A stretch of DNA of 64,000 nt from assembly GCA_951406725.2 (NCBI GenBank), contig OX597832.1, positions 62,434,001-62,498,000 on the forward strand, given 5' to 3'. Below the pieces are notes generated by a model. It searched no databases and was not told the DNA's origin. It was given only the letters and a program-made list of their open reading frames with translations. This DNA comes from Octopus vulgaris (taxonomy: Eukaryota). Each line of letters opens with the position of its first letter. Position 1 is the first letter of the stretch. Positions 12,457 through 29,251 of this stretch are shown piece after piece. The position numbers and the translations under genes were made by a program.

Positions 12457-12489
12457 TTTACATATAACAGAGTATTTATTATTATTATT

Positions 12490-13045
12490 GAGTGAATAGC
12501 AGTGCATGCCATCAAAGTGACAAAGGGGTAAAAATACACAAAGCCCAATATACCCACCATCACTACCCGTCTGATTAGGTTACACCAGGCATATGCATCA
12601 CAACCTTATGTGCGCAACATGGTGATCTCATATCAAGATAAACAGCACATGCCCTTGCAGGTGGAGCCCAGTTAGAATTTTCTTCAGGTTGGGTAGCCCA
12701 TCCCGCTCAAAAGATCACTGAATAGGCGTTCTTTAAGGATGTTGAACGAAACACCCATGTTTCCAATGGTGATTTATCCAAATCCCAAAGAATTCCTTTC
12801 AACACATGTCTATGATGCGCCCTCACTACTTCTGCTCATGACCAGAGATGCACATATCGTCAGCCTCAAAGGAACATGCTCAACTAGTTAAGTTTAAACA
12901 ACTGACAAGCAAATATGTGGTATTAAGCAGAATATTTGATGTAGCCCATGTTTTATACCAAGACAAAACAGTGTACGTAACACTTCCAGTCAGTTAAGTT
13001 CTGAAGCCATGAGAGCCACTGACTGACTGGTACTGCACCAGGGCA

Positions 13046-13046
<1 letters not shown>
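12490..13046 (-). mobile_element. (ATT)n-associated ~550-bp non-coding repeat (LINE 3' UTR or non-autonomous partner)
   Basis: Closely matches 30521-31018 and has (ATT)n on both sides. Strand is inferred from the (AAT)n tail. Confidence 0.75.
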
Positions 13047-13087
<41 letters not shown>

Positions 13088-13088
13088 G

Positions 13089-13178
<90 letters not shown>

Positions 13179-13184
13179 ATTATA

Positions 13185-13225
<41 letters not shown>

Positions 13226-13234
13226 CATTATTAA

Positions 13235-13437
13235 GGCGGTGAGCTGGTAGAATTGTTAGCAAGCCGAGCAACATGCTTAGCGGCATTTTGCCTATCTGAG
13301 TTCAAATTCCGCTGAAGTCGACTTTGCTTTTCAACTTTTCGGGGTTGATAAATTAATTACCGGTCAAGTACTGGAGTCCATGCAATCGACTATCCTACTC
13401 CCTATAAATTCCAGGCCTTGTGCCTTAAGAAGAAAGG
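13235..13437 (+). mobile_element. SINE family A in (ATT)n
   Basis: Same head, core and tail as 7854-8066. Confidence 0.88.
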
Positions 13438-13501
13438 ATTATTATTATTATTATTTTTTTTTTTTTTTTAATTATTATCATTATTATTATCATTATTAAT
13501 A

Positions 13502-13535
<34 letters not shown>

Positions 13536-13544
13536 TTTTTTGTT

Positions 13545-14262
<718 letters not shown>

Positions 14263-14677
14263 TAATATCTGAGAGTTTTTTACCTTTTTCTCTCGTCTAC
14301 TCTCAGCTCTCATAGATTTCATTTCTTTTTTTTATTATTTTCTTTCATCTATTTACGTTTAACGTCAGTTAAAATCTCATAACTCCTGTAAAAACCTCAC
14401 TATGATTAAAGAAATGATTATAGATGTATAATATTTTTCTTCTTTTATTAAAGATGAACAAACTAATCGAGAACTTAGTCACATGTTGTTTTATTTACTT
14501 TCTATTTTGTTTAGTTATTAGAAATATCCGAAACCTAAGCTACCTTACACAATGACTAATGTCAATACGGTTTTAATTAATTTTTTCCGTCCATGTAGAT
14601 TAATTTTCTGCGAAGATTACATTTAATTTCCTATCCTTTACTCAATCCAATTAAATGTTTTATTATTATCATTATTA

Positions 14678-14721
<44 letters not shown>

Positions 14722-14732
14722 GCTATTATTAA

Positions 14733-14825
<93 letters not shown>

Positions 14826-14833
14826 TGTGATTA

Positions 14834-14943
<110 letters not shown>

Positions 14944-14954
14944 GTTATTGCTAA

Positions 14955-15530
<576 letters not shown>

Positions 15531-15555
15531 CTTTATTATAAGATCGACAAAACAC

Positions 15556-15632
<77 letters not shown>

Positions 15633-16192
15633 ATATTGATATAATTTTTCTCTTTTTTATCTATTACAATTTTATTTCGTATTTATCTCTGTATGGATCG
15701 TATAAAAATGATTCTTGCCCTTCTTCATTCTTCCATATCTTTGCTCTCTTTCATTAACTCTTTCGATATCGGCTTCATTTTCTGATTCTCATTTGTTGAA
15801 CCTATTCAAAGAATTTGATTGGTCGAAAAAAGTATTAATATTCATAGAGTCTTTTAGATGGCTAACAAAGACAATATTGATAACAGATCAGTGTTACATT
15901 ACTCATCTCATTGATGATAGATATTTTCTTAACATTCCTGAGTCTGGTCAGGTCTTCTGTATTGAAGTGCACTGTTTTATGGAAGGCTGAACGTGCATCT
16001 ATCTACCTCAATAAATTTCGCAGCGTTTAGTACACCTGGTTGGTAGTTTGTACCGAACGACCGTTTCTTGATTCCAGTGTCGGTTTTAGTGGCATGCGAA
16101 CACAGACATGATCTAATTGTTGTCTTTAGAATATCCTGCATTTTACTGCTAGAGAGAGAGGGGGAGAGAGGAGCATATAAAAAGCGGAGAGA

Positions 16193-16239
<47 letters not shown>

Positions 16240-16589
16240 GTATTAGGACTTTTGCGTCTCGTCCGTCAGTAGTTCATAAATAAACAACCAGTTAAGCGCT
16301 CTAGTTGCGAGTATCGACTAAATCCCGTCCCTCAACTCAGCTGAATTCGTACCCAAACTGGAAACACTTCATTCTTAAGGCAACCACATGGAAGAATCGC
16401 TACTGTTTCAGAAAACAATATATGCATTGCGGTACCTATTTTTTTCAAGCTCTTTACGGTCTGAGTTCAAATGTCGCAGAGACCAACACAACTTTTCCTC
16501 TAGGTTCTTGTGGGTGGGGGTGATAAAATAAAGTTCCAGTCAAGTACCTAGCATATTGGTTATGAAGTTTAGAAAGAGACCTGCAATTT

Positions 16590-17476
16590 CGAGGCTTAGG
16601 GTGCTTACGGTGCTCAGTTTTTATTTGCTTTATCGAACCCGGAATAGTGAAAGGAGTCAACTCGGTGGACTTTAAACTCAACGTAAAAAGGATTTTGCCC
16701 GAAATGCTAATGGTTCTGCAAGTTCGCCGCCTTTAAGTACTCAAAACATTCTAATCCATTTGGGTTGTTAGATTGGCAGAATTGTTAAAATGGCGACCAG
16801 AATGCTTACTGATATTTCTCCACCCTCTCCATGCTTTAAACTTAATTCTGCCACGGTCAAGCTTGCCTTTTACATCGATGGAAATATCGGTCAAATACTG
16901 TTGTTGATTGTATCGAAGTAAACCCCTCTCTGTGCTTTCTGATTTCAAGTACCACCGAGGTGAAATTTATATAATCTATGGTTCTCTCATTTAACAATTT
17001 CTAATATTTTTTCTACTTAAAAATCAATACAATTCCAATATTTGCTGCAAATTTCGGAACAAAACCAGCAATTTTAATGCGAGCAGATTAGAGCGACCTA
17101 TATACTTGAGTGGTATTTAGATATGTCGACCCCGAAAATATAAAAATCAAAGTCGACTTCGACGGAAGTTGATTTGAAAACGTAATGAGCTAGAAGACAT
17201 TGTCTAAAGGATTTCTTTTGATTCTGCCAGCTCACCAGCTTTGGTTTAAAATATTGGGTGGAGACCAGTAATTTTCCTTTTTTTTTTTTTTGGTGGAGTA
17301 AAAGAGGACTAGTCGATTTATTTAGATCAGTGCATGACATATACTTAATTTATCGACGACGAATGAATGAAAGACGAAGCTGATCTTGGTGGAATTTGAA
17401 CACAGAAAGGCAAGGTCTGGGAGAGATGCTGCTAAGAAATTTGTCCGACGCGTTAACGATTCTGCCAGCTCGCCAG
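16590..17476 (-). mobile_element. Cluster of degenerate family A SINEs (~16590-16731, ~17050-17240, ~17300-17476)
   Basis: Reverse-complement heads ttctgccagctcgcc and core tttatcgac...gaaag...tcgac.tcgg.ggaatttgaa. Confidence 0.65.
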
Positions 17477-17846
17477 AATTCAATGTAATTACAGTAATGA
17501 TAAATGCTAAACGGAGTCAATAAAACATGAAAAATAATCAAATACTAAGATTAAGTGTTTAACCTTCCCTCAACATATATGAGTCTATGCGCCTAGGTAC
17601 AACATCAATATTATAATGATAATACTTATAAATATTAATGATTTAAGACCGACATAGGCAGAGACATCGATGAATGGTGTTAATAATTGAAAAATAAGGC
17701 ATTACTCTGAGACAAAAAGAGAATAATATATTGCGTACTTTCAACTTCATATATTAGTGTATGTATGTATATATATATATATATCAGTGTAAAGAACCCG
17801 ACGTTCTAACCAATGCGCCACGTGCATTCACACACAAATATTATAT

Positions 17847-17917
<71 letters not shown>

Positions 17918-17943
17918 ATATATTTTATATATGCGTACATATA

Positions 17944-17976
<33 letters not shown>

Positions 17977-19122
17977 ATGCATGTAACTTACACATACATA
18001 CTGATACGTATCCACACACAAGTTGCCTAGAGCAGGAATTTTAGTCTTTTAGTCTCAAATGAAATGTTAGTAAGCCATTTTACTCTAACATATCGATGTA
18101 AATAAATTCTTCAGATCTTCAGTTTTCCTATTATCTTTCTTTCTTCCTTTATTATTTAATGTAAAGATGGTGGACGTACATTTTAAACTATCGTTGTGTA
18201 TCGACGTGTATGTATGAATGCCTCTGTATATATATTTCTCGTAGCTGAATAGCAAAGATCATTTATTTAAATGTCTATGTTTTTTTGCTTAATATTTGTA
18301 CAAGTATGTCATTTCGTTTTATTTTATTATTATTGCTTTTCTCTGTATTAATGAAACAGATAATTCCAGAATCTCTACAGTACAGTTTTAATTTAAATTT
18401 TTTTTTTCGTCGTTACTCTAAGTATCTTAGCCACAAGACGACGAGAAATTTTGATATGTAAATTGCACATCGTAAAACGATTGCTTCTAATTTGAGAATA
18501 ATACCTATAATTTTCACCAATCTCAAGCTAAGAAGCTTAAGGCGTGACACATAATCTCACTTCTCACTTTTCAAGACAGCTTATCGACAATACGACTGTT
18601 GCCTTTTTTATTTTTTATTTAAGTTATTTTTCCTTTGATTTTATTTGATATTTAATTTTATTGAATTTTTTCTTCTCGTTTTTCCTTTAAAAATTTTCCC
18701 TTTTCTTTTATTTGGAATTATTTTGTACGAATTTCCGTGTGTTTTTAACAATTCTTCTTATCAGTAGTATTGTTATTGTAAGCAGTCGCAGTAGCATTCA
18801 CAACACTGGTATGAGAGGTGGTGGTCACATGTGTTGGTTTCTTTGTTTATATAGTCAAGAATGTATTTTATTCTATTTTATGATTTTTTAAAATTTTGTT
18901 TATATATTTTATATTTGTGTATTGTTTGTGTTTATGCATCTGGTTGTTTGTTTTGTTTCGAGCTTTGTTATTTTCTTATTTCGTGCTTTATTTCTTCACA
19001 CTTGCACAAAATCTGATCCATTTTACTTGTGTCCATTTATTAAAAGTTACTCAAGGATAAAACCGAAAGAAAAAAATAAAATTCACACATACACGTCACT
19101 CTCTCTCTTTCTCCTTCTCTTC

Positions 19123-19165
<43 letters not shown>

Positions 19166-19236
19166 TGTATGTATGTGTGTAGGTATATACATATACATAC
19201 ATATGTATGTATATACATATATATATTTATATACAT

Positions 19237-19270
<34 letters not shown>

Positions 19271-19366
19271 ACAAATACATAGAAATATATACATATACAT
19301 GCGTTCATATTATGCATATGCATATACTTACACACACATTCATAATGTACATACACAAATGCGTGA

Positions 19367-19432
<66 letters not shown>

Positions 19433-19529
19433 AGAGAGAGAAATATATACATATATATATGTACACACACATACATATATATGTATGTAGACATATATCC
19501 TTAAGTATATACGTATACGGATAACATGA

Positions 19530-19623
<94 letters not shown>

Positions 19624-20594
19624 GGAAAAATACTGAACTGTAATACAAACAATTTTATGTTAAAGACACGAGAATAATAAAGAAGAAAAGTCAAGAAAAC
19701 CGAATGAAAATACATGAAAATAGAAAAAAACGCTAACATAAAATTGTAATGGAAGAGAAAGCTAAATGAATAAATAAAACTCAAATTTTATATAAATTTA
19801 AGTGCAAATCTATGTTTTGTTTGTGTCTTTCTTCGGATATTTTGTTATTTGATGTGAATGTGAGTAGCAATAACGGGTAATTACTGGGCAATTCAACGGA
19901 ATAAAAAGGAATTGTTAACAGATAATTATGCAATGTTGGTCTTTCTTCGCTAAAATTGTGAAGAGAAGCTGAGACAGGAGGAGAGGGAGAGACAGGGCGA
20001 GTGGGAGAAAATAGGGATAAAGAGAAAAGAAAGAGAGAAGTACAGACGGAAGGGAAGAAAGAGGGACTGTGTGCGTGTGTTTGTGGGTGAGGGGCGTGTG
20101 AAGGTGTGACAGAGCGTTTGGTGTTATCTGTTATAATATAAGACGATAAGGACGCACCTAGCATTGATCGTTGTAGGTAGATTTTCTAGATTAACTCACA
20201 GCTGCTCCGCTTGCTGATACTATTCCCGCTTTTTCTTTTGCTTTTAATTCTTCATAGTTTATATGTCCATGTGTGCATGTATATATATATATATATATAC
20301 ATATATATACATATACATACATATATATGTGTATGTTTATATATACATGTATGTATATGTATATAAATACATATATATATATACATATATATATACATAT
20401 ATATACATATGTATATACGTATGTATGTATATATAAGTATGTATTCATAGGCATATATTGTCTTTATATATATATATATTTGTGGATATATATATATACA
20501 TATATACATACACACACACATTCACACACATACACACACGCATGAATATGCATATCTATTTATCTGTCTCTCTCTCTATATATATGTGTGTGCG

Positions 20595-20633
<39 letters not shown>

Positions 20634-21389
20634 ATGTATATATATGTATGTATACATATATATATGTATTTATTCATAGGTATATTTTATGCTTATGTAT
20701 ATATGTACACACATACTCATACGCACACACATATAAACGTATGTATATCAGATCGATATTTTCTTGTTTCAAAAAGAAGTGTAGACAATCTGTATGTGAG
20801 CGAAGATTATGAGTCACTTCCTGTTTCCGACCAATGTCATTATATATATACAACTAAATTATGGAATATATTTATCAAAAGATTTAGCCATCATGTAATG
20901 TAACGAGGTGAAATTTCTTAAGATAACATATGTCTTCATTATGTGTCAATAGAAGTAATTTATCTTCAGTTTATGAAGTTTTGATAACTTATGTGTATCT
21001 GGTTAAAAAGTTGACTTTGTGAGCATGAGCGTTTCATATACTTTGCCGTAGCCATCTTGTGTGAATCTTTTTCTAGTTTGAGGTCGAGATATACGTTATC
21101 AGTGCTTTCTAGCTTGGCGGGCAAAATGTTGGGAGAAGTCCGTCCTGTATGAGCACAGAAACTGTCACGGCCATCAATATTCTCCTTCTTTCTCATAGTA
21201 ACTCAATTGTACATATATACATATACAAAGGGCGCAATTGTAGTAAAAAAGACTTGCACACAGTCCGAAAGAAAACAGTCCGGACCACGCGGCGGGAAGG
21301 CAAACATACTATGCATATATAGTGCCATATACACATACACGCATGCACATATGCACAAACACATATATGTGCTCTTAGCATGGATTTTC

Positions 21390-21660
21390 CTTGGGGCTGG
21401 CCAGATTTGAGTAGTGTCGAGTATAACCAGCCGAAACTGCAAATATAATCTGGAACTCGACTGGCGAAAGAAAACTCTGAATGACCCGTACTCGTATTTT
21501 CTTGTCCCTTTTTGTATAATCTACCTGCCTGGATGTCTTGTCGCCTGTTGCGTTCTTGTCCCATTTTTTGTATTCTTTTTGTAGTTTTTTCACTTTTTTT
21601 ACTATTTTTACTATATTTTCTATATATTCAACCACGTGCTTTCACATACCAACATTCTTA

Positions 21661-21662
<2 letters not shown>
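21390..21662 (+). mobile_element. Repeat ending in (TA)n, homologous to 51945-52100, probable Penelope-like 3' end
   Basis: Shared ataatct.g.act.gactg..ga...gaatgacccgt...cctgtt.cgttcttgt..cattttttg. Confidence 0.6.
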
Positions 21663-21702
<40 letters not shown>

Positions 21703-23009
21703 CATACATACATACATACATACATACATACATACATACATACATGTGTGTCTGTCTGTCTGTCTCTGTGCACGTGTGTGGGTATATATATATATTTACA
21801 TATATATAGGTTTCATAAATTAAACAGGAACACGACAAATAAAAACAAGCGGAAAATTCACATACAAAGACATGAGCATGCGCTTTCTTCGTCAGTTATC
21901 GTCAACACGTCATTACTCTTTTATGCCCTTGTTATGTTTTGTGTGTGTGTATGTGTGTGTGTGTGTGCAAGTATATATACATACGTACACATTTACATAA
22001 CACATTCATACATAAATACATGCATAATTACATGCATACATACATAAACACATACATGGATATATTAATGATGGGTTTATATGTATAAAATGTGTGTTTA
22101 TGACCTTCTGATTAGAAATGCTTAGCGAAAAGTTTTCAGCTCTCCGTGTTGTGAAGAACATTAATTTGGGAGCCGTTGGTTTATGAGAGATTGCTTAATG
22201 AGTTATTGTTCAATGTTCATTTACTTTTGTTATTAATTACTTAGTAATAAATTAGACAGATATTGGTGAAGAAATGATGCATTCAGGTATACGTCATTAA
22301 ATATCGCGGTTTCAAATCATTTTTTTAGCAAATCATTCTTTCAGGAATTGTAAAATTGTGTCCTAATCAATTACACCGATCCCAAGTACATGACTGGTAT
22401 TTTATTTTCTGGGTGTAGAATAGATGAAAGAGGGAGTTGATCTGAATTCTGAATGTAAAGAGCCGGAAGGAATACAGTTCAGAATTTTCTACGACGCACA
22501 TATGTTTCAGAAATATCGAAATTATATCGCTAAGTCTGCACATGATATCAATAACATAGAATGCATTTAGCACTTCAAAAGTAGAAATTATATTCCTCTA
22601 TGCAAAGAAGGCGAAATGGCAAAATCGATGAAGCATTGGAAAAACTACCTTTCGCTGTTCATTCCAGATCTTTGCCTTTCGATTTCGAATCTCTGCTAAC
22701 AGTACTACGCGGTGTCTATTTTCTATCTTCTGATATAAACTCTACCAGCGAATGTAATTTTGGCAATTTAAGTAAGAGTTTTGACTGTTATTTCCAGCAG
22801 GTAGACATACTTAGTATGTGATTTGATAAATTTTAATCCTTCAGGTATTTAATGCTTTTCTTGGGCCTGCAATCGCCTGTATTATTGATTCTGTTATTAT
22901 CATTTTTTTTAAAATAGTTATACCAGCTATTAACAAAGTTAATAATATCTTAGCAATTTAATTTTTCGGGAATTATTTGTTCTCGTGAATTGTTTGTCCT
23001 TGTATAGAG

Positions 23010-23065
<56 letters not shown>

Positions 23066-23234
23066 TATATATTTGTTTTGTAAGATTCTTAATATGAAAT
23101 CGTGTGTTGATGCAGATGTTGTATTTAGGAATGGTTATGTTTCCAGTTTAGCCAATAAAAACAAACGCACTATATATTTGGTGTTAATTTGCTTCAGCTC
23201 TATTTATTTTTTTCATTAATCTTAATCTTATTTC

Positions 23235-23278
23235 GACCAGAATTCTTTCGTGACACTTCTGTGACCTCATCAGTGGTC
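23235..23278 (-). ncRNA. Type I minimal hammerhead ribozyme in an element (~23065-23365) whose 3' end abuts (TA)n
   Basis: gacca-CTGATGA-ggtcacagaagtgtcac-GAAA-gaat-TC-tggtc. Stem I is a perfect 5 bp, stem II is imperfect. Confidence 0.72.
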
Positions 23279-23389
23279 CTTTGATTTCTTCTTTCTTATT
23301 TGTGTGTCTCACCTTACTAACAGTCAGCCATTTCGTCTGGCTGACCGTTCCTAAATACAAAAATACAACACACACACACACACACACAC

Positions 23390-23442
<53 letters not shown>

Positions 23443-24085
23443 ATATATATATATATATCAATAGATAGATAGGTAGATCAACATATATATATAAACATAT
23501 CTATATCTATATATATATGTATATGTATATATACATACATATATATATATAAGCGTTCAGCAAAATTTAGTTTCAGATGAATATGGTACTTAAGTTATTT
23601 TGTATGGTATTATCCATATAAATCAAATGGGATGATTATAATCAAAATAAGCAACAAGGATATCCAATGTAGTGTAGTACAATCGTTTCATGCTACTTTA
23701 TTTTATTAAACACTGTGAGTATTACATCAGTTTTAAAATGTCGAGCAATCTTCACCCACATATAGAATTTTTTAATTAAACGGACAATGCACATTTTTAT
23801 ACTTATTTCATTTGCCAACATTACAAACAGTGTAGATATATAGACAGAGATGTTAATTTCATCATTAAGAACATGGTGGTAGTATGTTATTCTCCATCTG
23901 TAGATTTAATATATATATTTATATACACTCAGATATGTAGCTGTACATAAACAGACGTATACATATAGGCGTGGGGGTCCGTACATATCTCCCATTGTAT
24001 ATCGCTATGTATGTGTCTATGTGTGGGGAGGTGGAATGCTCACCGAAGAGAGAGACTTTTAGAGACAATGCGAGACAGAGCGATC

Positions 24086-24135
<50 letters not shown>

Positions 24136-24428
24136 AACGGATACACTGACACATACAAACATAAAACGATAAAGAAGAAGAACCGAAAGAAACGCTTGAA
24201 CTGTATTAACACAAAGATTCTATACACGATCGAATTATGTGAATTTAAATGACAATTCAGGATTCGAATATCTAACACAGAAAAAAAATATATTAATATA
24301 TACCTATGGTTATACATATGTATATACATGTATATATGTGCATATTTGAGTGTATATATATATATGTATACATATATATGCGTGTGTGTGAGTATACATA
24401 TTAATTTATATATATACATATAAATATT

Positions 24429-24493
<65 letters not shown>

Positions 24494-24689
24494 AGACATT
24501 TATGTGTGTATTTATATATACATACAAAAATGTATATAATACATATATGCGTACATATACATATACTTATATATATATATATATAATTCATGTGTATATA
24601 TGTACGCATATTCATACTTATACATACATCTATAGACGGATAGTTAGACCGATAGATAGATACACGTATATATATATAATTTACTAATT

Positions 24690-24726
<37 letters not shown>

Positions 24727-24994
24727 ATATCTACATATATAGATATACACATACATACATATAAACATGCATTTATGCGTAGATGCATATCTACATACAT
24801 GAGCACATACATGCATAACTACATGATACATATCTACATACTTACATACTTACATACATATATGCATACATGCATATATGCATATATACATATGCGTTAT
24901 GATATATATCTGCGAATAGAAAGCAAAGAATGATATAATCTATCTATAAACGATGTTGAGTTTATGTACAGAGGTTAATAACCACTGAATGACT

Positions 24995-25052
24995 CCATTG
25001 TTACTCGGAGTTTCACACACGTAAATTATACACGCTGTCTTTCATACAATAG
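24995..25052 (-). ncRNA. Degenerate hammerhead motif
   Basis: ctattgt-ATGAAAG-acagcgt...acgtgtgt-GAAA-ctccgag-TA-acaatgg. The 7-bp stem I and stem III are intact, but the CUGANGA box is mutated. Confidence 0.5.
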
Positions 25053-25260
25053 AAGTTACTGAATATAATTCCGAAGAATACATACACCTGATTTACGAGT
25101 GTCTTCGAGTATATACAGAATAAATCGGCAGCACTATATATGTGTTTGTATGTGTGCGTGTGTGTGTGTTTGTGCATGTTTGTCTCAGTACTTGCGTGTA
25201 TATGTGGTGCGCGTGTGTGTGTATTGTATATATGTGTGTATGTATTCACTATTACCATAT

Positions 25261-25310
<50 letters not shown>

Positions 25311-25861
25311 GTATATATATAAAACACTACACGAAAATAACTCCTACAAACGAAAAACAAAATGGAAGGTATATAGAAAGCGAGGTAGGTGAAGGAGTTA
25401 TCTTTTCTTGAAAAAGTACATGCATAGAATTATATTGTTCAATAAGAAACGCTACATTCTCGATTCATTTACATAAAATGAACGTTATATTTAGAAAATT
25501 GGTTACATGTTTCAATCTATCTGATTTGTTGTTTTCCAATATGTTTATTTTTGTAATTTATTTTATTTCATTCTATTTATTATTTATTTTTTGTACTGTC
25601 TAAAACGACTGTCTGTAAAGAATCGATTGAAGCAAATATATTCCACATTGCCGAAATTTATTGCATCTTTTTTTTTTCTTTACTTGGTTATGTTTTGGTT
25701 AGTGTGCGCGCGCGTGTGTCTTGTTTTAAATTTTGTTAAAAAATATAAAACAAAGAACACAAACATTCTGAAATAATTTTTAAAAAATTATTCTGAATAT
25801 TGATCTCTTTGACGTATTTAGTTTTGCAATGTTTTGCTTTAAATAATAATAATAGTCATGA

Positions 25862-25887
25862 AAATAATAATGATAATGATAATAATG

Positions 25888-25948
<61 letters not shown>

Positions 25949-26099
25949 TGATGATGATGATGAAGAAGAAGAAGAAGAAGAAGAAGAAGAAGCAGCAGGA
26001 GAAGAAGAAGAAGAAGAAGAAGAAGAAGAAGAAGAAGAATGACAACGATGATGATGATCACCATCATGATCATGATCATGACTGTGATGATGATGATGT

Positions 26100-26146
<47 letters not shown>

Positions 26147-26171
26147 TTGATGATGATGATGGTGATGATGA
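25862..26171. repeat. Compound trinucleotide array AAT-GAT-GAA-GAT/CAT
   Basis: Directly visible. Confidence 0.97.
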
Positions 26172-27519
26172 TTTCAAACCTGACATTTGAACATGAATAG
26201 AGACTTTTTAGTGTTTTGTTTTTTGTTTGTTTATTTTTTTGTTTTAGTTTCTGGGGTTTTTTTGTTGTTATTTTTTTGTTTTTATATTCTTTTAATTCTT
26301 TTCAATGCAAAAAATGTTCGCATTGTTGGATTTGAAACGTAAAACGGCATAACGTAAGACATATCCGACATCTTGGTTTTTCCTCTTTTGTAATTATTTG
26401 CAGAATAACTAACATTCTATAAAGTTTGAAGTAATAACACACTTCCTTAGTCTGTAAAGTATTCCTTTACTTACAAATTCACTATTTTCTTTATCTGTTT
26501 TCCTTCTCATTTTCATTTCATTACTATATTTTTTGTCAATTCAGTGGTTGTCGTTTCACTGTTGTGAACATTCGATACTATTGTGTTCAAAGACGGCGCT
26601 AATTCAGAGGAAATCGTAGAATACTGATTTAAATGTTTTCCTATGGTTGTGGTGAAGAGTTATATCAGTACTGTATATACTCCGATCTTACAAAGTTTTC
26701 ATAAGACTTATTCAGTTGTGACCAGATGCACTTTTAATCGCATAGTAATGTATAATTTCGTTTTTTTTTTATGTAGGATTTGACTGCTAAATTTTGCAAG
26801 ACGAATATTGTTGTAGGTAATGTGGTGATTGCATTTCCTTGGGCTTGCTAGATTTTGATAGGTTTTGTTTTGAAATCCCTTGGCAGACATGATTAATGAA
26901 ACTTGCGTCTAACATAGGCGGAAGACCAACAAGTTTTAGGGATGCACTTTCTTAATTGCATCGACTCCAGTACTTAACTAGTGCAGTATTTTATCGACGT
27001 GCAAAGATTAATCAAAGAAGAAATTTACCTCGTTGTGATTTGAAATCGAAAGCAAAGATCTAGAATGAAAAGCGAAAGGTACTCTTTCCGATGCTTCATC
27101 GAATTTGCCATTTAACCTTTAAAGCAAATCTTTGATCAAAAACATACCACAATATCTGCATTTTGCTATATTTAGGATATGCGAAACCGAATTATCGCAC
27201 ATATTCTTACATTTGTGTAAGAAAGTAGGGTGAACTTCGAGGCGGATTTTATTAATATTTCTAGCAGATCGTGCGGACCTCATCGATGGCCCCATTTGTA
27301 TTTACTATTCTATATACAGACTTGTATATATCTACTCTAATAAATTTACCATTCTGCTTTTCTTTCACGGTTCTTATTCAGTACTATTTCACTCTCTGTT
27401 GGAAAATGGAACTGGTAATTTCCATTATCCTTTGTTGCGAATTATTATCAAACATTCTCCTTTTGAACTACTAACAGACCTTATCACGGAACTATGTAAG
27501 GTATATACATTTCATTCTG

Positions 27520-27675
27520 GTGCTACATTCATTTTCGAGTTCAAATTTAACTGAGGTTGATTTTGCTTTTTATCGATCTTGGACTCTATAAAATAACTAC
27601 CAGTTGAGTACTGGGGTCGGTGTAATCGATTTACCTCCTGCCTCAATAATGCTGGCCGCGTGCTAAAATTTGAGT
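27520..27675 (+). mobile_element. SINE family A, degenerate 3' part
   Basis: gagttcaaattt...gttgattttgcttt...taccagttgagtactggggtcg. Confidence 0.65.
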
Positions 27676-28772
27676 CACCAGATCGAGTCAACCACTATGT
27701 ATGTGTGAATTGTGACTTATTGTTCTTATGGTTGATGATATTAATGTCGTCCTTTGACCCATGTTCCATCGAACTTACGGTTGACGATCAACGATATCGC
27801 CATTGTGACCATCTTATCTTTTAACAGACGCAATATTTTAACAGACACAATATTATTCAATTATATTTCTTTGTATAGACCGCAGGATGACCTGAGAGAG
27901 ATTTCGGTGACATTTCTAACAGATGACATAACACCAGAAAAGATACCATCATTGATAAATCGATATATTGTACGGCTGGGATTGAAACGTAGAACTTCGA
28001 ATGACAAATTGTACAAGAATAAAAAAAATTCTAGCCATCTTTCATTCAGCTACATCACACATACATACACAGAAGTACCGATATCGTGTTCATACTTATG
28101 AATACAGCGTATCAATTGCGTCAACGCAGAATCGATATCGTATCACAAACTCTACCGATGACATAGCATCGAGAATCTGATACACGTATATCACATGAGA
28201 ACTTAATCTTTCATTTATCAAACTCACGTATTTTTTATATGTATTTTTATTGCATTATTGATAATTGTATAAATGCTATATTGAGTGAGATATTTTTTTC
28301 TTTTGATTTCTAATTAAAATATGATTAAGTTAATGAATCTGTTAATTAGATATTACAACGTTATACACACGAAAGAGCTTCACTTTTATTAAGATATATA
28401 TATATATATATATATATATTTGTGTGTGTGAGTATGTGTGTATGAGTGTATATACATTTATATATACACATACATATAAATGTATGAATATGAGTGTAAA
28501 GATATATATAAATACACACATATATGTGTGTGTATGTGTCTGCGTGTGTTTATGTGGGTGTGTATGTATATGGATGTATATATATGTATGTATATACGTA
28601 CATTTATATATATACGTTTATATATGTACATATATACATACATATATATATATACATACATATTTATATCTATCTATCTACCTATCTATGTATATATATG
28701 TATTTATATCTATCTATCTATATATATATATTAATATATATATATATATTTATATCTGTCGGTCTGTCTCTG

Positions 28773-28837
<65 letters not shown>

Positions 28838-29177
28838 GTATATAAATGTGTGTAAGTATGTATCTCGAAAGCTATTCATCTATTGTGAGTCAGGGATTTT
28901 TTTTTTGATATTTCTATATTGTAATTGCCGTAAACTGAAACCGACTTTCATTACATCTCGCCCTATTTAAACCAATTTCTAATTCGATCCTATATTATAT
29001 GATCCCTATAAAAGGTATGTAATTATCTGTTCGCATTTCATCAGATAGATGCCCGGTTTAATAACTATAGATAATTACTTTTAATTCTCTCCACCACCTT
29101 CAGCAACACCACCACCATGAATATCGTCATCATAATCATCATCATAAATATCATCTTTATTATCATTATTATTATTA

Positions 29178-29251
<74 letters not shown>

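Noticed and set aside
12430-12460. Minus-strand tacctggcag...catgat resembling the U1 snRNA 5' end
   Set aside because: Only a ~10-nt match, not kept in the sister copy at 13015-13046, and the rest of U1 is absent.
15990-16075. Possible mariner C-terminus (KLPTR) on the minus strand
   Set aside because: Too short and degenerate to call.
23675-23735. Minus-strand ctgatgt...GAAAcgattgTA hammerhead-like string
   Set aside because: Core is mutated and no stem I is found. Possibly a relic, but not supportable.
25800-26190. Poly-N/D/E acidic ORF as a possible exon
   Set aside because: Entirely triplet repeat, with no flanking complex coding sequence or clear splice context.
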